The position numbers and the translations under genes were made by a program. The notes below the pieces were generated by a model that ran no database searches, was not told where the DNA came from, and was given only the letters and a program-made list of their open reading frames with translations. A stretch of 60,502 bases of DNA from Aristaeellaceae bacterium (GTDB lineage Bacteria; Bacillota; Clostridia; Christensenellales; Aristaeellaceae): contig JBJEUJ010000113.1 in the NCBI GenBank assembly GCA_051883775.1, positions 1 through 60,502 on the forward strand, given 5' to 3'. Of this stretch, positions 40,892 through 50,033 are shown piece by piece (positions within the stretch are counted from its first letter, which is position 1; each line of letters starts with the position of its first letter).

Positions 40892-41374
40892 CCATGAGCT
40901 TTATTGGAAGTGATTGCATGAACCAAAGATATACATGGAGAAATCATCATGTCATTCTTTTCTGGCAGTGCGCAGTATCTGAACAATACCGGCCAGTGTG
41001 GATGCTCTGGTTTCAGGCTTTAGCTGACATTCCCAGATCGTCATTACATGCCAGCCTATCCGGATCAGGCGCTGAGTACCTCCTGATCACGAAGGACAGT
41101 CCTGCCAAGCTTTTCATGCCAGAATGCCTCGCTCGACTTCGGCAAAAAAGCACCTGCAGCCTTCATGTTTATGCCAGAAGCAGCCATTGGCAAAAGATAC
41201 CGTAAGTGCGAATGCTGTGGCTGTACAACCACCGGGCGTTCCGGCTTCGGCAGTCATGTGCCCTTCTTTTGCCTCACAATCCGAAGCAAGCTGCAGATGG
41301 TATCGATGACTGTTTTGCCCGGAAGCATGTACTGCAAGAGAAAGCCTCTATTCCAGATGGTCGATCCTATTCAA

Positions 41375-43717
41375 TTACCAGCTGTATGGTTCAATGAAAA
41401 TCTGATAGTATTGCGTAAGCGCCGGTTCAATATAGGCCTTGACCTCTTTCAGATACTCCTCCGCCGGCCTGTCCCGGATATCTTCTTCCTTGCCGGACAG
41501 GAAATCGACCACGCTGATCACCACGCCGCCCACCGGACTCTCCATGGCCGTTTCCCGTACAGCAGTGTATTTCTCAAACTCAAGTGCGGTCATGGCCAGC
41601 ATGCTGTCCTTGAACTCAACAAAGGGCTGGTAGCATTCCTTCATATACTGCTCGTAAGAACCCACCTGATTCCCGATCAGCCCGCTGAACGAATCCGCCA
41701 GCTTCTTGCGAATGGGATGCGCCATCTGAACCGTTGTCATGAGATCAATCTGCGCGGAAAAGCCATCAGCTGCGTTGAATGACAAATTGGCAACCAGATT
41801 CGTACCATCCACAAACAATTTCCACTTGGGGCCCAAAACCGCTGCTGTCAGGGCTTCATACGCCTTGTCCACCGCGAAATCGGCTGTACACTGGCATCCA
41901 TGGGTGATCAGCAGAAACTGGATCTGACTCCGGGAATCCTTGGTCATGTCTTTCAGGTATTGCGCAGCATAATCCATGCTGCTGTCGCCAAGGTCGCTGA
42001 ATGCGTCGATGTATGGCTGGACATCTTCCAGGGTGACGGACTGGTAGCTGCAATATTCCTGACAGACATCCAGCAGAATGTCCAGCACATCCACGAGCAG
42101 CTCAGTCTGTTCGAACATAGTACTGTAGATTTCTGTTTTCTGACTGACGATGAGCTTGTTCAGATATTCATAGAACGCATCGTGCGTAAGCGCCTTCGTG
42201 CCGACAGCATCGTACATCTGCATGTAAGCCTGCCATGCCTTCCGGGCGTCCTGGGCGTCCGCTTGCCTGATGAGCTCCATATCAAAGCCGGCTATTTCCA
42301 GCACCTGCAGGATGTCCTTTCTCTCAATCGCCGTCTGATCCTTGGTGGATGCCAGCTGCTCCATCACCGATTTGGCCATCAATGCGCCCCGGGCCGGCGG
42401 AAGCAACTGAAGCTCCTCCAGGTCGCCGGATATGGTTTTGTACAGTTCAGCGGTGACATAGAATACCCGGTTCATGTCGCTATGATAGGTTTTATCACCG
42501 ATCTGATACTGCCCGGAGTAAAGGATGTCATGCATGAGCACAACAGCCTGGTAGCCCAGCTGCAGTGAATCGACATAGTACTTCAGCTGATTCCGGGTAC
42601 AGATGCACCTGAAGCAGTCGCCGCTTGTCATGTCTGTGCAGATGACCTGGCCTGTTGCCATGTCCACATAGTCAACCCTGACGTATACATTGATGATGTC
42701 ATATTCGCCCATGATTTCTGGCAGCATGGCAGACGAGCAACGGAAGGTTGTGTCCGTTACACAGGCATCATTGAGCCTAAGCGTGTTTTCAGGATCGGAC
42801 ATATCCACCAGATAGACATTGAAGCCCCTGCCCGCGATGGGCTCATGATTGAGCTGCCAGCCGATTTCAAACATGTATTCCTGTTCAAGAACAGGCCAGA
42901 AAAGCGAGCTTCCGCTCATGAAGGTGATCTCAAGCGCTTCCTGCTGGCCGGGCTGTTCTGCCGTCGCAGCGCCGTCAGCGGTCATGGAGCCTCTGTCCTT
43001 TCCGGACACGGATGCAAGCAGCGCATCCGCGTCAAAGGCCAGCAAATTGGCAGCCTGTGAAGGCGTCGCATACCGGCAGTATTCCTCCCGAAAGGCGTAC
43101 TTCAGCCCTTGCTCCACACAATACTGATGGGCCTCGGAATCTTTCACCACGAGGAAGGTTATGCCATCCGTATTCTGCAGCAGGCGTTCACGCGCATGAA
43201 AGGGGCCATTGGGCAGTGACACGTATTTCAACGTACCCTGCGGGTTCCCCAGATAGGAAACGGATTGATACGTATCGGGAATGACGATCATCTCCAGCGG
43301 TGCCAGCAGCGGTACGGCAGGTTCGCGCCAGTCCTCGCCGTATATGGCGTAGGTAAAATCGAATATGCCCGCATAACCGCCTTCGAGCGAACGGATGGTG
43401 TGAAACTGCTTCAGTTCGCCATTCAGGTAATAGCAGGAGGGAAAGACGACAACACTGTCCACCTCGGATGCCCTGAAGCCTCCGCAGGTGCCCCCGGCAA
43501 CATCCACGGTAAAATGATCCAGCCAATCCATCGGGTCATCATATTCTCCGCGCTGAAAGGACGCCACAGGCGTGGTCATCATCAGGGTGCTGTGATCACC
43601 ATTGCAGCCCGGCGCATGCGCGGAGTCCGCAGCGGCGATCGCTTCCGCCGCAAGAAGGACAAGGCACAGTACAAACGCGTACAGGAACCTGACAGCTTTC
43701 CATTCATGGAGACGCAT
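41375..43717 (-). CDS. Secreted hypothetical protein (~780 aa): degenerate LRR-like N-domain and long alpha-helical C-domain
   Basis: Start moved to the ATG at 43717, 9 nt after AGGAAAGG. Signal peptide 'FLYAFVLCLVLLAAEAIAAADSA'. 'IPDTYQSVSYLGN...LKYVSLP...VVKDSEAHQYCVEQGLKY' resembles the end of BspA-type LRR domains. The rest is unassigned. Confidence 0.6.
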   Translation of the reverse strand: MRLHEWKAVRFLYAFVLCLVLLAAEAIAAADSAHAPGCNGDHSTLMMTTPVASFQRGEYDDPMDWLDHFTVDVAGGTCGGFRASEVDSVVVFPSCYYLNGELKQFHTIRSLEGGYAGIFDFTYAIYGEDWREPAVPLLAPLEMIVIPDTYQSVSYLGNPQGTLKYVSLPNGPFHARERLLQNTDGITFLVVKDSEAHQYCVEQGLKYAFREEYCRYATPSQAANLLAFDADALLASVSGKDRGSMTADGAATAEQPGQQEALEITFMSGSSLFWPVLEQEYMFEIGWQLNHEPIAGRGFNVYLVDMSDPENTLRLNDACVTDTTFRCSSAMLPEIMGEYDIINVYVRVDYVDMATGQVICTDMTSGDCFRCICTRNQLKYYVDSLQLGYQAVVLMHDILYSGQYQIGDKTYHSDMNRVFYVTAELYKTISGDLEELQLLPPARGALMAKSVMEQLASTKDQTAIERKDILQVLEIAGFDMELIRQADAQDARKAWQAYMQMYDAVGTKALTHDAFYEYLNKLIVSQKTEIYSTMFEQTELLVDVLDILLDVCQEYCSYQSVTLEDVQPYIDAFSDLGDSSMDYAAQYLKDMTKDSRSQIQFLLITHGCQCTADFAVDKAYEALTAAVLGPKWKLFVDGTNLVANLSFNAADGFSAQIDLMTTVQMAHPIRKKLADSFSGLIGNQVGSYEQYMKECYQPFVEFKDSMLAMTALEFEKYTAVRETAMESPVGGVVISVVDFLSGKEEDIRDRPAEEYLKEVKAYIEPALTQYYQIFIEPYSW

Positions 43718-43925
43718 ATGAATCATCCTTTCCTGCGTATCACTCAGGTCATATCATGGACAGGCGCCATATCAGCATGGTACGCCGCCCGGTTTCTCCA
43801 TGGAGAAGACATTTAGCGCAACAGACGGCTTGCAGCCCCGCGAGCTGCGGAACCTGTGATCCCTATCCTGCCTGACGCGCTGAGCCATGTGCACCCCTGC
43901 GTCTGTCAACGACACCGTTCGCTGC

Positions 43926-46049
43926 TCATGAGGCATCGGACGGCATGATCATCGCATACTTTTCCCCATTGTGCAGCCATGTCAATATCGTCATCGGATT
44001 GTTTGGCAGCTCCTCCAGCAGATCATAGAGATACATCGGGCTCCTTTGTACTTTGTACAGCTGATCGCCGCAGCAGATATACCCTGTCCCGTCTGCGAAG
44101 CCATCGCAGACAATCATCTGATAGGAAGAAATCGCTTTGCGCCAGATGATATTCATTGTTTCAGTCTGCAGGATGACCTTGTGGTCGCGGTTCATCAGCA
44201 CGCACTGCGCTGCATCAGAATCGCTGACCATGTACAGCTCCTTATTGACAAGCTGGACATTACCCGGCGTGGATCCATTCAGCTTTCGTTCTTCGTCATC
44301 CGGAGAAACCATGCAGACATCGGAGCCTTTTCCCATGAGGAACACATCGTCGAACCAGTCAAGCAGCATGTCATACCCGGGCGCTATGGCGATGTCTCCG
44401 CCGCGCCATACCATACCGATCCTGCCATTCTGCACAACGGGCAGCAGATCATGCCAGTCGGGAAGCCTTTTAGCATTCTGCAGCAAGCCTGCAAAATCTT
44501 CCAGCGGGAAAGAGAACGCTTCGCTGTTCAGCCGCTGCCCCCGGCTGTCAATATACCATACCTGATTGTTGCTTGCAACAAAAGCCGTATCCGCATTGAG
44601 GGATGCAAGCATGTCCCACTGCGCATCTGTGATCCTGCGACCGGTTTGATCCACCAAGCCGCATTGCTGATCAGCAGTCCGGACAATGAAGGTATCATTG
44701 GAGAAGGACGCAACGGCTTGCACATCATTCGGCAGCGCGATGCTATCGTTTCGGAAATAAAGGGCTGTACTATTTTCCTGCTTGATGAAAGCACCCTTTT
44801 CGCCATTTGGCATGGTGATTACATCCACCATGCTCACCTTTTCCCATTGATTGGCATCGCTGAATAGAACATATTCGTCCCGCGGTCCGTTCCTGTAATC
44901 GTTGTACAGGGACAGGCACCATATGCCGTTGACCGACTGGCTGTAGCAGCCATTCCAGACAGGATCGATGATGTAGGTCTGCCGGGCGACATCGTATACA
45001 CCGTACTGCCTCTGGTCATCCGTCCTGACCGTAACGATAAAGTAATTGTCACGGATTTGTTCAAGCGATTCGCATGAAAGTGAAACGTCGGTGCCCGTGT
45101 GCATATTGATGATATGCCACATATCACCCACCTGACAGGTACAGTATGTATGATCCAAAATATCAACGAAATCATCACTGATTGCCGGAACAATCTGTTT
45201 CTTGTTATCCAGGTCATACAGGCCCATCAGCTGGCCGTCACACAGCGTTGCATACCAATGTCCGTCATGTTCATTGACATACAAGCTATCATAGGCAGGC
45301 TCCAGGATGACATTCAGGTTTTTGTCCAGAATGCCTTTCTTCTTGTCAATGGCTACGATATAGTAATCGTCCTCTGTGCGATCGATATGATCGTATATAC
45401 CCGGCTGTACGGCGTATGTGCCCTGCTTGTCAACGATACCGTATTCACACATCGCAGACATATGACGGCTTTCGATTTCTTCGTCCACGGTGATCTGAAG
45501 CACCGCATAGCCATTCACAAAATCCATCGATGAGCATGGTGTATAGGCACATTTGCCCACCTCATCCTTCCATTGCAGCACATTGTGTCCATCGATATCC
45601 AGATAGGAGATTCCCTCCCACCACTCGTATACGCCAATCAAGCCTTCGGAGTACGTGCCGATATCTTCATAGGAGCGATCCTGCGGAAGCACCTGATGGC
45701 CCTGACGGTCGATCAGCTGGCAGGATGCATTGGTCATATACACCTTGGCATAGCCATTGGCATCAAAATCCTCAGCATACACATAGGTGGGCGGAACGGT
45801 CACATTGCCATGACGGTCAATGAAGCCATAAAGCCCGTTATCGGGATTTCCGTTTGAATGAAGCGTTCCTACAAAGAATCTGGCGAAGCCGTTGACGAAG
45901 GGATACACGTAGTCGGCATCACCAATATCAATCCATGTTGTCCGATCATTTGCATCCTGAATCATGGACGATTGTTCTGCATGGCAGATCGTCCCAAGCA
46001 TCAGAACAGCCAGGAGTACCGCAAGCATCATCTTCGGTCGCAGCTTCAT
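43926..46049 (-). CDS. Secreted WG-repeat (KWG-type beta-repeat) protein
   Basis: Start at 46049, after AAGGAGG. Leader 'MKLRPKMMLAVLLAVLMLGTICHAEQSSMIQD'. There are many repeats of the pattern 'F.NG.A.V....K.G.ID..G..V.P..Y', for example 'FVNGFARFFVG...LYGFIDRHGNVTVPPTYVYAEDFDANGYAKVY'. Confidence 0.75.
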   Translation of the reverse strand: MKLRPKMMLAVLLAVLMLGTICHAEQSSMIQDANDRTTWIDIGDADYVYPFVNGFARFFVGTLHSNGNPDNGLYGFIDRHGNVTVPPTYVYAEDFDANGYAKVYMTNASCQLIDRQGHQVLPQDRSYEDIGTYSEGLIGVYEWWEGISYLDIDGHNVLQWKDEVGKCAYTPCSSMDFVNGYAVLQITVDEEIESRHMSAMCEYGIVDKQGTYAVQPGIYDHIDRTEDDYYIVAIDKKKGILDKNLNVILEPAYDSLYVNEHDGHWYATLCDGQLMGLYDLDNKKQIVPAISDDFVDILDHTYCTCQVGDMWHIINMHTGTDVSLSCESLEQIRDNYFIVTVRTDDQRQYGVYDVARQTYIIDPVWNGCYSQSVNGIWCLSLYNDYRNGPRDEYVLFSDANQWEKVSMVDVITMPNGEKGAFIKQENSTALYFRNDSIALPNDVQAVASFSNDTFIVRTADQQCGLVDQTGRRITDAQWDMLASLNADTAFVASNNQVWYIDSRGQRLNSEAFSFPLEDFAGLLQNAKRLPDWHDLLPVVQNGRIGMVWRGGDIAIAPGYDMLLDWFDDVFLMGKGSDVCMVSPDDEERKLNGSTPGNVQLVNKELYMVSDSDAAQCVLMNRDHKVILQTETMNIIWRKAISSYQMIVCDGFADGTGYICCGDQLYKVQRSPMYLYDLLEELPNNPMTILTWLHNGEKYAMIMPSDAS

Positions 46050-46128
46050 CAAGGATAACCTCCTTTTTTCATTCACCATTCCAGGCCACGCACAGAACCT
46101 TTGGGAAAAGCTTCCGCTATGCTCTGTA

Positions 46129-46314
46129 TTACGCCCAAGAGGGTTTGATGATCAGTACGGGAACAATGTCATGAGCGGAGACAGTCTCTATCATATCAAA
46201 GATGATATTGCTATAGGAAACCAACGCTTTCAATACAGCTTTGCTAAGCTGTGTTGCAATGCTGAAGCGTTTGTTTATCCGGCTTTTCCACACCGAAGCA
46301 ACCCACCTCATCAA
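46129..46314 (-). pseudogene. Relic of a DUF6273-like gene 3' end (paralogous to the end of 47965..49521)
   Basis: 'AVLKALVSYSNIIFDMIETVSAHDIVPVLIIKPSWA*' corresponds to 'AVLKASDTYGNIAFETAEPGSAHDIVPVLILKPAWE*' in the intact gene. It occupies the same position, just upstream of a leader-bearing gene. Confidence 0.55.
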
Positions 46315-47885
46315 GGCTGCATATCACACTGGCTGTACTCGTTGTTGCCCACGCCGACCACGGTGCCGTCGGCCTTCAGGCCCACGGTATGATGTTCTCC
46401 TGCGCTGATGGCCACGATGTCTTTCCAGCCGCTCACATCGCACTCACCACACCCTTTAGGGCCTTCGGCGACAACGGTTCCATCGGCTTTCAGGCCAACG
46501 ATGTGGGAGCTTCCTGCACTAATGGCTGCGATGTCTGTCCAGCCACTCACATTGTACCGATTGGCCCACTTTCCTATAACGATAACGGTGCCATCAGCTT
46601 TCAGGCCAACCGTGTGGTAACTTCCTGCACTGATGGCCACGATGTCTGTCCAGTCACTTACATTGCACTGCCCATCGAGATTCAATCCCAAGGCTACAAC
46701 GGTGCCATCAGCTTTCAGAGCAACAATGTGGCTCTCTCCTGCGCTGACGGCCACAATATCTCTCCAGTCACTCACATTGCTCTGATCGAACCAAATATCT
46801 CCCACTGCGACAACGGTATCATCGGCTTTCAGACCAACGGTGCAGCTACACCCTGCGCTGATGGCCACGATGTCGCTCCAGTCACTCACATTGCACTCAC
46901 CGTGCTCATTCCACCCCGCAGCGACAACGGTGCCGTCGGCTTTCAGCCCGACGGTGTGATGTACTCCTGCACTGATGGCCACGATGTCTGTCCAGCCGCT
47001 TACATCGCACTCGCCGTACTCATTGCTGCCCACAGCCATCACCGTTCCATCTTCCCTCACGGCTGCGGTATGGTAGCCACCTACAGCAATGGTATTCTGC
47101 CCGGACAGGACGCGCGTGGTGGTCTGTTCGGGCTGCGTACTGCTTTCGGGGGATTTCTTCCTCAGGTAGATCACCTCGCCGCCTGTATTCAGCGAGAGGC
47201 TTCCGTCCTCATGCAACGCAACATATTGGTTGTCACTGACATACAGCATGCCGTCTTTCAGTGTCATCCGATAGGACTCTGACGGCTGCTGAAACAGCTT
47301 GTCCTGGTCGCCCGCAAAGAACAGCGTCATCGTACCATGATCAATGACGATCCCGAAAAAAAAGTATGACAGCGACTTCGGAATCCCTACGTCGCCCTTG
47401 ATGACATAGGCGTCATGCCATGTGCCGTCGAACGCATCCATGGATGCCGCAGGAATGACAGCGGGTGTATTGGCTTCCGCCGAAGCGCTGCGGCCAAAGA
47501 TAACAACCGCGTTTCCATGGATGCTGACCAGATGGCCGTCAATCGCATAGCAGGTTTCAAAGAGAGAAGTGCCCCGGTACAGGCGCAGACACCCGTCCTC
47601 AATGCGCCAGGTATAGGCGTTGGCAGACCCCTGCTCAAATGTTTCAGCCGTCCCATCCTGATTGATCTGCAGCACCATGTTCTCCCCGAGGACGGATGGA
47701 TCAAACAGCTCGCCCTGGTATTCCGCGTAGGTGGCATACCAGCGGCCGGAACAGTCCCACTGGGTACCGCCTTCCTTCCTGACGCCCACATCCTGAATCA
47801 TGGATGACTGTTCCGCATGACCGATTGTTCCAAGCATCAAAGTGGTCAGGAGTACCGCAAGCAACATTTTCTGTCGAAGCTTCAT
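46311..47885 (-). CDS. Secreted protein with lipocalin-like N-domains and a seven-blade RCC1-like propeller
   Basis: Start at 47885, after AAAGGGGG. The leader 'MKLRQKMLLAVLLTTLMLGTIGHAEQSSMIQD' is nearly identical to that of the WG-repeat protein. There are seven tandem 37-38-aa units, 'IVAISAG..HTVGLKADGTVVA.G.N..G.C.VS.W.D'. Confidence 0.75.
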   Translation of the reverse strand: MKLRQKMLLAVLLTTLMLGTIGHAEQSSMIQDVGVRKEGGTQWDCSGRWYATYAEYQGELFDPSVLGENMVLQINQDGTAETFEQGSANAYTWRIEDGCLRLYRGTSLFETCYAIDGHLVSIHGNAVVIFGRSASAEANTPAVIPAASMDAFDGTWHDAYVIKGDVGIPKSLSYFFFGIVIDHGTMTLFFAGDQDKLFQQPSESYRMTLKDGMLYVSDNQYVALHEDGSLSLNTGGEVIYLRKKSPESSTQPEQTTTRVLSGQNTIAVGGYHTAAVREDGTVMAVGSNEYGECDVSGWTDIVAISAGVHHTVGLKADGTVVAAGWNEHGECNVSDWSDIVAISAGCSCTVGLKADDTVVAVGDIWFDQSNVSDWRDIVAVSAGESHIVALKADGTVVALGLNLDGQCNVSDWTDIVAISAGSYHTVGLKADGTVIVIGKWANRYNVSGWTDIAAISAGSSHIVGLKADGTVVAEGPKGCGECDVSGWKDIVAISAGEHHTVGLKADGTVVGVGNNEYSQCDMQP

Positions 47886-47964
47886 GAAGTATACCCCCTT
47901 TTTTTCATTCATCATCGCAGGTCAAACACAGATTCTTCGGGAAAATACTTCCGCTATGCTCTGC

Positions 47965-49521
47965 TTACTCCCACGCAGGTTTTAGAATCAGCACGGGAAC
48001 AATGTCATGGGCAGAGCCGGGTTCAGCCGTTTCAAAGGCGATGTTGCCATAGGTGTCCGACGCCTTCAGTACAGCTTCTCGAAGCCAGAACTCGGACGCG
48101 CCCATCACATACGTATACCTTTTCTGGGAGCTTCCGCTCCTTTGATACACGTATTCGGATACATTGGCATCGACAACGGGATAACCGTAATTGGTCCCCC
48201 CCTGACGGGGCGCCTGATAGTTTTTGAATATTGCTTCGATTTCCTCCCGGGAGAGGATGGTGACTTCTTCGATCATTCTGGCTTCAGCAGGAGAAAACGC
48301 AGCATGGACAAAATCCTCGTTCAGCCATTGGTACAGCGAGCTATCTTCCCAGGCAACCTCCGCCGTGCCGGTGTGATAGGGCAGATACTCAAGCGCATTC
48401 GATGCCATGAGCATGATTTTTGATGAATCATTCAGATAAGGAATGTAAGACCATCTGATTGCCTCCGGCCCATTGCCGGTATTGCCATCCTGTTCATAGC
48501 GTCCGAATACCGGCGAAGTATCCTGTGCATGAGCAATCGCGGTACTGATTGGTTCACTGCAATGATCCAACCAGCAGGTGTAGGCGGTACTCATCAGGGT
48601 ATCGGCATAGTCAGTACTTAAGCGATCGTAAACCTGCAGCAGATCCAGGAACACCTGGTGACTTGTGCTGCAGTAGGACTCAGGATCCTGGTAATCCGCC
48701 ATCAACCGCTTCGTGAACTTCAGCATGTTGTCAGGCGAGTCAAAAAACGCATGGGTGGATGCCTGAATATATGCCAAAGCTCTGGGGATATCGTTCAGCC
48801 AGTGATCATAGGCAATATTCAGTAAGGGCCCGATGGCTTCTGCGTCAACAAACTCATAAATCGCAAGCAAATCCGTGAAGGCCTGACCGCTTGTATAACG
48901 GGTGGATTCCGTATCCTGATATTCGGTCAGCATCCTTTCTGACAGGCTTCGGATTCTGTCCCGGGCATCCTTGACGCCATTGGCTTTCTGATAGAATGCA
49001 AGCGCCTTGAGCACATCAGAATTCTCATATTTCCTGCCTTGCAGATAACAGTATTCTTCCACTGTGCGAACGCCCTTGATCAGCACACCGTCCTGCAGCA
49101 CCAGCTCAATCGCGCCGTCCGTGTTCGTCCGGAAAAGGCCTGTTGCATAGCCGTAGTAGCCGAAGCTGAAGTCGGAGAAGGTAATCCCGGCAAAGCATTC
49201 GCCCTCCCGCAGCTTATTGAGACGCTGCGAAAAAGATTGCTCCATGCTGTACGAGGCTGTTACAGGAATGTCAAGCCAGTTCGTTATGGCGACAGGTATA
49301 TCCAACCAGTTCGATTCGGCGGCAGAAACATCCTGCCAATTCATTTCGATGGTATCATCCTCCCGGATGGTGATACAGACAAACCTGTCATCCTCCAGAA
49401 AGCCGCCATATGTATCCACAAAGTCGACCTTTGTCAGCGAGAACAGCACGCCCGCTGCTGCGCCCGCGACCAACAAAACAGTCAGAACCGCAACCAGACA
49501 CTTCACGCTTTTGCTTTTCAT
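47965..49521 (-). CDS. Membrane-anchored protein with internal helical repeats and a C-terminal DUF6273-like domain
   Basis: N-terminal TM 'CLVAVLTVLLVAGAAAGVLF'. There is a tandem 9-aa duplication, 'NWLDIPVAITNWLDIPVTA', and two ~65-aa helical repeats. The C-terminal 'WEDSSLYQWLNEDFVHAAFSPAE...ILSREE...FWLRE...IVPVLILKPAWE' fits my recollection of DUF6273. Confidence 0.65.
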   Translation of the reverse strand: MKSKSVKCLVAVLTVLLVAGAAAGVLFSLTKVDFVDTYGGFLEDDRFVCITIREDDTIEMNWQDVSAAESNWLDIPVAITNWLDIPVTASYSMEQSFSQRLNKLREGECFAGITFSDFSFGYYGYATGLFRTNTDGAIELVLQDGVLIKGVRTVEEYCYLQGRKYENSDVLKALAFYQKANGVKDARDRIRSLSERMLTEYQDTESTRYTSGQAFTDLLAIYEFVDAEAIGPLLNIAYDHWLNDIPRALAYIQASTHAFFDSPDNMLKFTKRLMADYQDPESYCSTSHQVFLDLLQVYDRLSTDYADTLMSTAYTCWLDHCSEPISTAIAHAQDTSPVFGRYEQDGNTGNGPEAIRWSYIPYLNDSSKIMLMASNALEYLPYHTGTAEVAWEDSSLYQWLNEDFVHAAFSPAEARMIEEVTILSREEIEAIFKNYQAPRQGGTNYGYPVVDANVSEYVYQRSGSSQKRYTYVMGASEFWLREAVLKASDTYGNIAFETAEPGSAHDIVPVLILKPAWE

Positions 49522-49545
49522 ACTTGCCGATTCCCTCCATTGATA

Positions 49546-49890
49546 TTATTGTCCGTAGCTGAACAGTGAATCCACGTCAATGGAGGTGACGCCCTTTTTC
49601 AGCGTAACCTCCTCAAATTCAATGGTGTCGTTTGCGATTTTCCCGGTGATGCTTTGGCTGAAGCCGTAGGCCATCACAGTGAGCGTCAGCGTTGAGCCCT
49701 CCACCCTGTAGCTGCCGGAAACAGGAAACCCCAGGACATTGGTCGTTGCAGTGCCATCCTTGTTCAACTCGACCGTCATCGGAATGCCGAGCGCATTCAT
49801 ACCGCCATAGACGCCGGAATAATCCTTGCTGCACCCGGCAAGCAGCAGAACTGCCGCAGCAAGCGAAACCGCAAGCCATCTTCTTTTCAT
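49546..49890 (-). CDS. Small lipoprotein (114 aa), first gene of the island operon
   Basis: Lipobox 'VLLLAGCSK' and RBS GGAAGGATG. It has a beta-rich, lipocalin-like pattern, 'GSYRVEGSTLTLTV'. Confidence 0.7.
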   Translation of the reverse strand: MKRRWLAVSLAAAVLLLAGCSKDYSGVYGGMNALGIPMTVELNKDGTATTNVLGFPVSGSYRVEGSTLTLTVMAYGFSQSITGKIANDTIEFEEVTLKKGVTSIDVDSLFSYGQ

Positions 49891-49936
49891 GGTGTTTCAT
49901 CCTTCCATTCATTCGTACTGACAACGGAATATCCTT

Positions 49937-49965
49937 ATTCTATCCGGAACACAGGGAAGGAGCAA
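49937..49965 (-). promoter_or_regulatory. Promoter of the island secreted-protein operon (TTGCTC-17-TAGAAT on the minus strand)
   Basis: The -10 TAGAAT is the complement of 49937-49942. The -35 TTGCTC is the complement of 49960-49965. The spacer is 17 nt. Confidence 0.4.
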
Positions 49966-50004
49966 ACCGCCTGTGTTGCATATGCTGCCGCTGATCATTT
50001 TCCG

Positions 50005-50033
50005 TTGCAAATTGGCAAGAAAATCTTTATAAT
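50005..50033 (+). promoter_or_regulatory. Promoter of the LytTR/kinase operon (TTGCAA-17-TATAAT)
   Basis: -35 at 50005-50010 and -10 at 50028-50033, with a 17-nt spacer. RBS GGAGG at 50064-50068 precedes the ATG at 50079. Confidence 0.5.

Noticed and set aside
40483-40900. Possible tmRNA (ssrA) or complete tRNA gene, because of TTCGAATCCCCT.TGCTCCA followed by a terminator, and GGAUUCGA-like sequence on the opposite strand
   Set aside because: The T-loop has no complementary 5' T-stem arm (CGCAC/GCGCT precedes it versus CCCCT after it). No D arm or anticodon arm is present. The would-be acceptor pair 3:70 is A:U, not the G:U of tmRNA/tRNA-Ala, and the sequence does not start GGGG. No tag-peptide reading frame or pseudoknot pattern is recognisable. 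It is best explained as a 3' tRNA fragment left at an att site.
41040-41300. Minus-strand Cys-rich mini-ORF (MTAEAGTPGGCTATAFALTVSFANGCFWHKHEGCRCFFAEVERGILA) downstream of the 783-aa gene, considered as a possible bacteriocin or pheromone precursor
   Set aside because: It has no RBS, no leader-type double-Gly or Agr-like motif, and no adjacent processing or transport genes. Chance ORFs of this size are expected. I mention it only because the island lacks an obvious signalling peptide gene.
41165-41782. 205-aa + strand ORF, plus 40894..41205 and 41124..41309, between repeat copy 1 and the 783-aa gene
   Set aside because: The distal part is antisense to the well-supported 783-aa secreted-protein gene. 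The proximal part has no RBS, no motif and stop-riddled neighbours. I looked here for a decayed integrase and found no R..H.LR..Y-type remnants in any frame.
46311-47100. Regularly spaced repeats, here and at 59963-60071, that could be mistaken for a CRISPR array
   Set aside because: The 46.3-47.1 kb repeats are in-frame protein blades inside a long ORF, and there are no unique spacers. The 8-mer iterons are far too short and partly inverted. No cas genes or 25-40-nt repeat/spacer periodicity exist anywhere in the window.
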